64,000 nt of DNA, from positions 61,351-125,350 of the forward strand of contig QOQW01000013.1 in assembly GCA_003327425.1 (NCBI GenBank), read 5' to 3'. Shown piece by piece: positions 22,101 to 31,100 of the stretch. Position 1 is the stretch's first letter; every line of letters begins with the position of its first letter. A program made the position numbers and the translations under genes. The stretch is from Candidatus Ozemobacter sibiricus. Its GTDB lineage: Bacteria > Muiribacteriota > Ozemobacteria > Ozemobacterales > Ozemobacteraceae. Below the pieces are notes generated by a model, which saw only the letters and a list, made by a program, of their open reading frames with translations, was not told the DNA's origin and made no database searches.

Positions 22101-25100
22101 GGCGGGCGGAGCAGCAGCCAGCGGCTGCAGGGCCACCGGCAACGGTGAACCGCCCTGCGGCGCGATGAGCACCTCGGGTGGCGCCGCTAGCAATTCATTG
22201 GGAGTGACCCGCACCGTCACCGGCCCGGTGCGCAGAGGCGCGGGCGGGTCGAAGGCCAGGCTCAGCCAGGGCGGCGTGGTATCGACGGTCAGGGTGGCCC
22301 CTTCGGTGATGACCGTTCCCGGCAGCCCTTCTTCAGAAAGGCCGCGGAACAGGAACCGCCCGACCCCGTCGCCGGTCTTCTCGTCGACCGCCAGAGCGCC
22401 GGTGAACCGGCTCTTGGAGCCGGCCTCGAGCGTCAACGCCACCGCCAGGGGAGCCCGCCCGGCCGGTTCGAACCAGAGACTGGGCGGTTCGCGCAGGGGC
22501 ACCGTCGTCTCGACCCGCACCCGGCAAGCGCCGCGTGCCGGGCCGGGCGGTTCGACCCGCACCCTGGCCGCGGGAATCTTCGCCCCGATCGTCAGCGGCG
22601 CGATGGCCGGCGAGTCGCTGACGTTCCCGGCCGCATCGACCGCCACCACCGCGAGATGGATGGCCGGCCAGGGCTGCGGCACGAAGGAGCAGCGCGGTTC
22701 GGTCAGGCCGTCGGCGATCAGGGTCACGCCGGGGGTGGTCGACCCCGCCCCGGCCGGAATCGGCTCCGGCGAGGCCAGCACCCGCCAGGTGACCGGCTCG
22801 CCCGCCGGCTGCCCGGCCAGCGGGGCGACGGCGGCCGCGGCCGGCGCCGAGCCGCCGCCAACCGTGCCGGCGCCCGGCACCCAGGTCAGCTCGACCGTCG
22901 CGCCGACCTTGACTTCGACGCCGGTCGGGGCGGCAGGCGGCACCGCGTCGGTCACCACCGCCACGGCGGGCGTCAGCGAGCCGATATGTCCGGCCCGGTC
23001 GCGGGCCGTGGCGGCATAGTACCAGGTGCCGTCGCGCGGCGGCCGGTCGGTGAACGCGGCGTCTTTCAGGTCGGCGGCCACGAGCTGGGCGCTTTCCGAG
23101 GCGGTGAACGGCCGCTCGCTGCGGAAGACCAGGTACCGGGGTTCGCCTTCCGGCTCGGTGGCGGGCGGCGCCCAGGTCACCCGCACGACGCCGCCCGGGC
23201 CGGGCACGGCGGTCAGCCGGTTGAGCGGCGCGGGCGGCGTCGAGTCGAGCAGCAGTTCGGCCTCGGCGCCCAAGGGGCCAGCCGCATTGCCGGCCAGATC
23301 GGCCGCTTGCAGGCCGAACCGCACGTCGAGGTCGGCCCCGAGATGCGAGGGCAGATCGAGGCTTCCCTCGAAGAGCGTCGGCCCCCGGCGAGTCAACGGA
23401 ACGGGACGCGGCACCTCATCGGCTTCGAGACGCCAGGTGAGCCCCACGTCGTCGCGCACCGGTTCGTCGAACTCGAGCGTGAGGCTGAGCCGGCCCGGGC
23501 GCACCACTTCGCCCAGATCGCGCCAGGTCACGCTCATCAGACCGTAGATGGGAATCATCCGGCGGCCGAACGTCGGCGCGAACCTGATCTTCGCCACCGG
23601 CGGCGTCAGGTCGTACGACAGCGTCGCGGTGCGCGCCGGCGGGCTTTCGTTGGCGGCGGCATCGAGGGCGTGCACGGCGTACACGAGGTCGCCGGTCAGA
23701 CGCGGCAGGTCGTCGACTTCCCGCAGCGGCCCTTCGTAGATCTGGTCGAGCTGGCGGCGACCATCGCGCAACCGAGCTTCGCGCACCACCCGGTACCGAT
23801 CGACCGCTTCGAGGCGCGGCTTCTGCCAGGCGATGCGCACCTGCCCGCCCGGCAGCAGGGTCGCCTTGACCTCTTCGGGCGGCGGCGGCGGGGTGGTATC
23901 GCTCGAGCCGGTGCGTGGCTGGCAGGCCACTCCTTCATTGCCGGCCAGATCGGTGGCGCTGACCCGGTAGGCGAACTCGCTGCCCAACGCTTCCCGATCA
24001 TGGTACTGCACGTCGCGCACCTCGGTGGCGAGGCGGGCCGCCGGGGTCTGCGGCACCGCATCGGAGGCCCCCCGGTAGACCGAATAGAAGGCGGGGCTTT
24101 CTTCGAGCGGGGGCTTCCAGCGCAGCAAAATGCCTCCGCCCGGGCCCGGCCCGACCACCAGATCAAGGGGAGGGCCGGGCGGCACGCCGTCTTTGAAGAA
24201 CCGCTCGCCCTCGCGGATGCGCGTGCCCTCGCGCCCGAACAGATCGCGGCCCGTCACCGCGAATGTGACCTCGCCATCGGGGGTATCGGTGGCCAGGAAC
24301 AGCACGCCCCGCCAGGCATTGTTGCGATAATCGAACGTCAGAGAAGCCAGCACCTGGGGCTGCCCGCCGGGCGGAGTCCAGGTCAGGCGGGGGGCCTCGG
24401 GCAGCGGCTCGTCGGCCTGCACGAAGACAGTGACCGTGCCGATCGCGCTGGCATGGGGCGGGTCGCGCCAGATCTTCCAGGTGGGCGAGGCGGTATCGAG
24501 CACGTATGAGGAATAGTGCAACGTCAAGCCGGCGTTCCCTTCGAGGTCGATCGCCTCCCCCCGGAACTGCAGGAACCCGTCGGCCGCGGTGGCCGGCACC
24601 CGGAACGCCGCCGTGAAGAAGAGAGAGCCCGAAGCCCACTCTACCGCCCCGGTGGCGGTGGAACCATCGGCCAGCACCAGCGTCAGCGACGGCGGGCCGG
24701 CCAGCCGTTCGCTCAGGGTGGCCAGCACGGTGAAGGCGCCGGGCGGCAGCCGCCCTTCGACCGGGGCGGTGGCCGGCACCGGCGGCAGCGGCTCGGGGCG
24801 CAGATCGGCGATGACCAGCGCGGCCCGGGCCGGCGTGGTATCGACGACGATCCGGGTCGTGGCCAGGGGCCCGCGGTTGCCGGCCCGGTCGCGAGCCGCC
24901 ACCCGATAGTCGTAGACGCCGTCGCCCGGCGCATCATCCGCCCGCCGCACGGAGGCGGAAACGGTGGTGAGCGGGCGGGCCCCGACCGGCAGTTCCTGGC
25001 CGGCCGGCGTCCGGAAGACCTCGTAGCCTGCCACATCGGCCTCGGCCACGGGTTCCCACCGCAGCGTCACCGTGCCACCCCGTCGCGTGGCCGCCAGGTT

Positions 25101-28100
25101 GCCTGGCGCCGCCGCGGGCGGGGTGCGGTCGGTGTCGACCGTCACCGGCGGCGACCAGGGCCCCTGGTTGCCGGCCGCATCGAGGAAGGCGAGGCGGTAT
25201 TCCCAGGCGCCCTCGGTGGGCGGCTGATCGACATGGGCGAGCTGGTCGACCCGCGTCAGCCGGGCGACTTCCGAGGCGGGGCCGCCGGGCGCCGCCCGTC
25301 CCAGCACGTACCCGGCCACCCCGGCCTCGGCCGGCGGCGCCGCCCACCCCACCTCGACCCGGCCCTGATCGCGGGCCTGGGCGATCGGCGGAGCGCGCGG
25401 CGCCGGAGGCGGCACGGTGTCGACGGTGAACGGCACGGGCGGCGCCGCGGTCCCATCGGCGCCGGTGGCTTCGAGCCGGGCCGGCCCCTGCGGGGCCCCG
25501 GCTGCGATGCTCAGCTCGCCAGACCAGGTCTGCGGGCCGGCTGCCTGCAGGGCGATCTCCTCGCGCCGCCCGTCGGCCCAGACCACCGTCAGCCGCGGCG
25601 GGCCGACCGCCGGGCCGCTGACCAGCACGCGCTGCCGCCCCGCTCCCAGCGCCCCCGTCCGCTCGAGGAGGATGGTCAGCCGGGCGGTCTGCAGCCGGGT
25701 CGTGCCGATCACGAAGGAGGTCTCGGCAGCGGCAGCCACCGGCTGGCCCCGCCGATCCTGCACGAATTCCGGCGCGAAGCGCACGGTCACGGTTTCCCCA
25801 TCGGCGAACGGACGCTCCGGCCGCAGCACCAGGGCATACCCATCGGGCTCGGCCGCCGCCTGACACGGCACCGCGCCGCTCTGGCTGCCTCGCACCTCGA
25901 TCCCGCCCGGGCGATAGGAAGCGGCCTCGATCATTCGCGTGAAATTCAGGCGAATGGTCGTGGTCGGATGCACACCCATCTGCCCCGACCAGGGCTGCAC
26001 GCCCGTCAGCCGCAACGGCCATCGATCGGCCCCAGCCGGGAAGGTGGCGACCAGCGAGTAGGCACCGACAGCGCCCACCCCATCGGCAGCCGAGACCCGG
26101 ATCTGATACTGGCCGGCGGGCAGGGTCAGACGCTGCCGTTCGGGGAACCCGGGCCCGCCCCCACAGGTGGAATCGATCGCGATTCCGCGCTGGCGCGGCA
26201 GATCGAGCAGGGCGAAGACCTTCCAGAGCAGGGCGTCCTGGGCCTTCCCGCCAGGATTCTGCATATCGACGGCCAGCGTCCCCTGGCCCCAGCGCCGGAA
26301 GACCGTCAAGGCCCGCGTCGTCGTCGCCGCCTGGTGCAGCACCACCGGCGCGAACCCGGCCGCCGCCCAGTCTTCGATCCAGCCGCTGGCATCAAGCCAC
26401 GGCAGCCCCTGCAACGGGCCGCCGGTCGGATCAGGCATCCCCGCCGCCGCGATGGCGGCCGGCACGGCCTGATTGGCCTCCCAGAGCTGGCAGAGACGCA
26501 GCCCGAACCAGCGCTTCTCGGAATCGGCGGTCAGCGCCTCGATCTCGCCGAGCTGCACTTCGCTGCCGTGCCCGTAATTCGAGGTGACCACCACTCGCAG
26601 CGCCCGCAGTGCGGTCGGCATGATCGGAATCACATGCGGGCCATCGGCCGCCGGCAGCGTCAGGCTGGCCAGCAGCGTGAACGGGCCATGCTCGCCAACC
26701 GTCGAGCCGTACAACTGCACATCTCGGGCCCGGGCCTCGCGCGTCTGGGACGTCGCATGCACCACCAGCCGATCGATCGGCCCCGGCACTCTGTCAGGGA
26801 AGACCAGGACGATCTCCTGCGGAGTCGCCACGCCGCCCGAGACGCAGCACCAGCCGCGCGCCCCATTGTAATGCTCGTTGCCGGCCATGCTCAGGCCGTC
26901 GATCAGGCGGTCAGGCTTCCAGGTATCGCTATACTGACTGGTGAAACTGGCGACCCGACCGCCACGCGCCTGGCGCAATTCGCTGAACGACACCGACGGC
27001 GCGGTCAGCAGCACCCGGCCCCCACCCTCGACATACTTCTGGATCTTCGCCTGCACGGCGTTCGAGAACAGATCGAACTGGTCGGGATCGGTCACCCCAT
27101 CGATGATGACCGCCACGTAGTCATCGAGGCCATCCCAGACGGTGGCGGCCCGCGACGCGGTCCAGGTCACCCGCTCGACCTCGAAAGGCAGGCCGATCCG
27201 CTCGTGGAGGTTGTGGAAGTCGGCCAGGCCTCCGACCAGATACAGCACCCGGGCCCGCCCGCCCCGCGTCGGATGTTCCGGAATGACATGCACCTGCGCA
27301 TCGAGATCTTCGGTCCCGACCGGATCCAAGGTCAGATCGAGGGTGCCCGTGCCCATCTCGACCACGAAATGATCGACATCGCCGTCAGGAAACACGCCGC
27401 CGGTCACCGGCACCCCGCTCTCCAGGCGGACCGCATCGCCGGGGCGGTCGTCGGGCTCATGCTGCACCGGCAAGGGAACGCGTTGCAGGGCCAACCGATA
27501 GGGAACGGTCGCCTGGTTCGGCGGGAAGGCATCGGCCACCCCCAGCCAGTACAGCCCGGTCGTGGTGGCCAGGGAATGACCGGCTTCGACCCCACCGAAG
27601 CCGACACGGCGCGAGCCGTCGAACGTTCGCGGCAAAGCCTGCTCATCGGCTTGGGATTTCACCGACAGCGAAGGATCGAGCGTGTAGGTCAGGGGCTCCA
27701 GCCACAGCCCGAGCCGGGTGGGCCGGTCGACCGCCACCCGCCACCAATCACGATCGCCGGCCGGGAACAGCTCGCCCTCGACGGTATCGCCGACCGGCAG
27801 CGGCACCGCCGCGCCGGGCGTCTGGTTGGGCTCGGCCGTGGACGTGGCCGCCCAGAAGGTCGGTCGCAGCACGAATGGCGCCGACGCCCACCGCCCTTCG
27901 GCCGCGGGCCGCACGGTCAGGCGATACCGACCGGCGGCCGACGCCCGGAACCATCCCCCGCCGCGCAGCGTCTGCAACTGGGCAGGGGGTACATCAAGGA
28001 GGTTGGCGATCTTCCAGGCGGCGGGCCGGACATTGTCGCGATACCCCAGCTCCTGCGTTTCCAGGATCAGGGTTCCCCGGCCCAAGGTTCGGCGCACCGT

Positions 28101-31100
28101 AATGCCGAGCTGCTCGGGATCGGCCGCATCGACGTAGGCCGCGGTGAAGCCGGCCTCCCGCCACCCCACCCAGCACCCGTTGCTCTCCGAGACCGGCCAG
28201 CCATTGGGATTGCCCCGCGCCCGCCCTGAAACGAGAGGGTCGCTGTCGCTGACCGCCTGCACGGTGTCATTGCGCCATTGCGACTGGTGGAAGACCCCGA
28301 ACCATCCGGTCGGTGCATCGGGGCCATAGAACTCGCAGTCGCCCAGCCGGACCGCCTGGTTGCCGACGCTGGCCAGCACGGTCAGGCGAACGAACCGCGC
28401 CGCCACCGCCGGGAAGCGGGCTTCGGTCATCCGGCGCCCGGGCCTCGCCTCGAACTCGCCCACCGGCTGGAACGGCCCGTCGGGCCCGGCCATCGTTACC
28501 TCGACCCGGAACCGGCGCACCTGCGCCGCCGGGTCGGGGCTCGCCGTCTGCACCACGATCCGATCGAGCACCACCGGCCAGCTGCCGGGCAGGCCGAACA
28601 CCACCGCGTGCGGCGGCGGCGCGCCGGCATAGGCCCCCTGCGAACCTTCGATCTCATAGCGCCCATCGAGCAGCTCCGGCAATCCGGTCCACGCCGGGCT
28701 GCCAGAGGCGATCCAGCCACCCCGGACGGCCGCGTTCAGTGCGAACGTGAAGAATTGAGGACAGACCACGACCACCCGCTTGCCCTGCTCGACCAGCGCT
28801 TGCAGCGCTCGATGGGTCTCGGGACGGTCGAGGAAGAACTGGCAGGGATGCGTGATCCCCTCGATGATGATGGTGTCGAACCGAGCAGCTTGCGAAGCCG
28901 CCCAGGAGACGGCGGGGGACGTCAGCACCGGCAGCCGCAGGGTCTGGGTGCCGGTCCAGGCTTCGAAGTCGACCGCGCCCAGCAAAACGTTCCATGAGGT
29001 TTCGAGTTCGACCAGCAGCGGCGCCCCCGCCGCCAGATCGGGCACCGGCCACGCCCAGTCGCTCCATTCCTCCCATGAGCGCAGTCGCCAGCCGGTCACC
29101 GCCTCCCCGTTCACCTTCACTTTCAGAGAGCGCTCATCGAGCGAAAGACCGCGCATGATCAACCGCCCTTCGCGAGTGGCGACGGGAACGGTCAGACGCG
29201 CCGACCAGGTGGCGCCGACCGGCGGCGGGAAGTCCCGCCGAGGAGAAGCGCCGAGATGCAGGCACGATTGCAACCAGAGCGGTGCATCTTCTTGCAGGCG
29301 CAGCGAGACCAGATGCTCGTTGGGCACCGCGAACAGATCGTAATCGCGCCGGCCGCCGACCAGACACAGCACCCGGCTCGGAGAAGCGACCTGCTCATGC
29401 CAGGTCAAAGCCAGATCGAGCCGATCGGGCGTGCCCCCTTCCAGGCCCAGCAAGCCGGCCCCCGGAACATCGATGGTGTACGCGGCCCATGCTCCTGCCG
29501 GCACCAACGGCGACGACAGCGGCGTCGCCACATCGACCACCGGCTCCGACGTCGTGGCGACGGTCGGTTGCCACCTGGCCCAGGCCGCCGCCAGCCAGTC
29601 GGGGGGCCCAGCGGCCTCCGGCTTCGCCCCGGCCTCGGCCACCGACCACTGCACGCCCGGGCCCGACCAGGCATGCAGACGGAAGACGGCTTGCAACGGC
29701 GCGCGGGCCGCCCGGTCGCCGCCCGACCGCACGACCGCATAGTATCGTGCTCGCCGGGGGAGCACCACCCGGCCCGCCTCGCGCGAGCGATTCGTCTGGT
29801 CGCAAACCTTCAGCGGCGCGGCCGCCGCATCCGTGCCGGCCTCCCTGATCTCGACGATGGGGTCGGTGTGGCCGTCGAGGGCGGTCAGATCGAGTTCGAG
29901 CAGCCCCGGCCCGATGTCGCCCAGGTCGATCCATTCACGATCGCCCTCGGGGTAGAGATGGAAAGCGAAGCTGGCGGGCAGGCTCACCGTGCGGGCCTGC
30001 GTGGCCGCCGCGTGGTCGAACGAAGGCAGGCCGACCGTCGCCGTTTCGGGCCAAAGCCCAACGGTACGCACGATCGCCTGGTAGGGCGTCATCGACTCGG
30101 CATTGTGGAATTGGTAGCCATAGCCGTTCTCGTTGATCCCATGGCCGCCATCCATGACCCGGAAGACGAACGACGCCGGTGCCTGCACCGTGAAACGCCC
30201 CACCAGAGGATCGTCGACCGGCGCGGTGAAGGTCTCGATGGGGTTGCCGTTGGCATCGAGCACCTCGAGCCGGGGGGCCACGGGCCCGGCCAGATCGGGA
30301 ATCTCGATCTCGAGCATGGTCGGACCGCTTCCTGGCACCTCGACCCGGAAATGATCGATATCTCCCGCCGGGAAGATGGTGTCGGCCACGGGCTGGCCCA
30401 ACGTCACCAGGAACGCCTGATCAGGACTGCCATGGGGAGCGGTCGGGGTGACGACGGGCGTATAGGTCACCCGCAGGGAATACGGCCCCGCCCGGTTGTT
30501 GTAGTGATAACTGTAGTTTTGCTCACCGGTTCCGGTTCCCCCATCAATCACTTCGAGCCAGTAGCGGCCGGGCTCTTTGAGCGACGCTTCGAGCCTGACC
30601 ACATTGCTTTCGGGCCCCATGGCCGAGCCGATCTCCTGTTGCTGGGGATTGAACAGGCGCAACCGGGGGCAGGTCGGGCCCAGAACGGCATCGCATTCGA
30701 TCTGCAGCCGCCCCCGGCCCGGCGTGGGCACTTCGAAGGTGAACCAGTCGTTGTCGCCAACCGGGAAGAGGTGCGCCATCATACGTTCGCCCAAGGTCAG
30801 CGACGTCGCCGAAGCCATGGTGTCGTTGGGCTCGCCCGGATCGGGCACCTCCTCGAACCGCACGAACCCTCGATATTCGAGCGGGGAACAGACGTTGTTG
30901 TAGTGGTAGGCGTAGCCCTGCTCCCCTTTCCCGCGCCCGCCGTCGATGACCCGCAGCCGGTAGGCGCCCGAAGCCACCGCCGCCACGAGCACTCCGGGCT
31001 CGCCCCGCGGATGATCGGCCGCTTCGAGATCGCGGCCGCTTTCGTCGCGCAACAGCAGATGAAGGGCGATCATTTCCGAGGGGTGGTCGACGCGAATCGT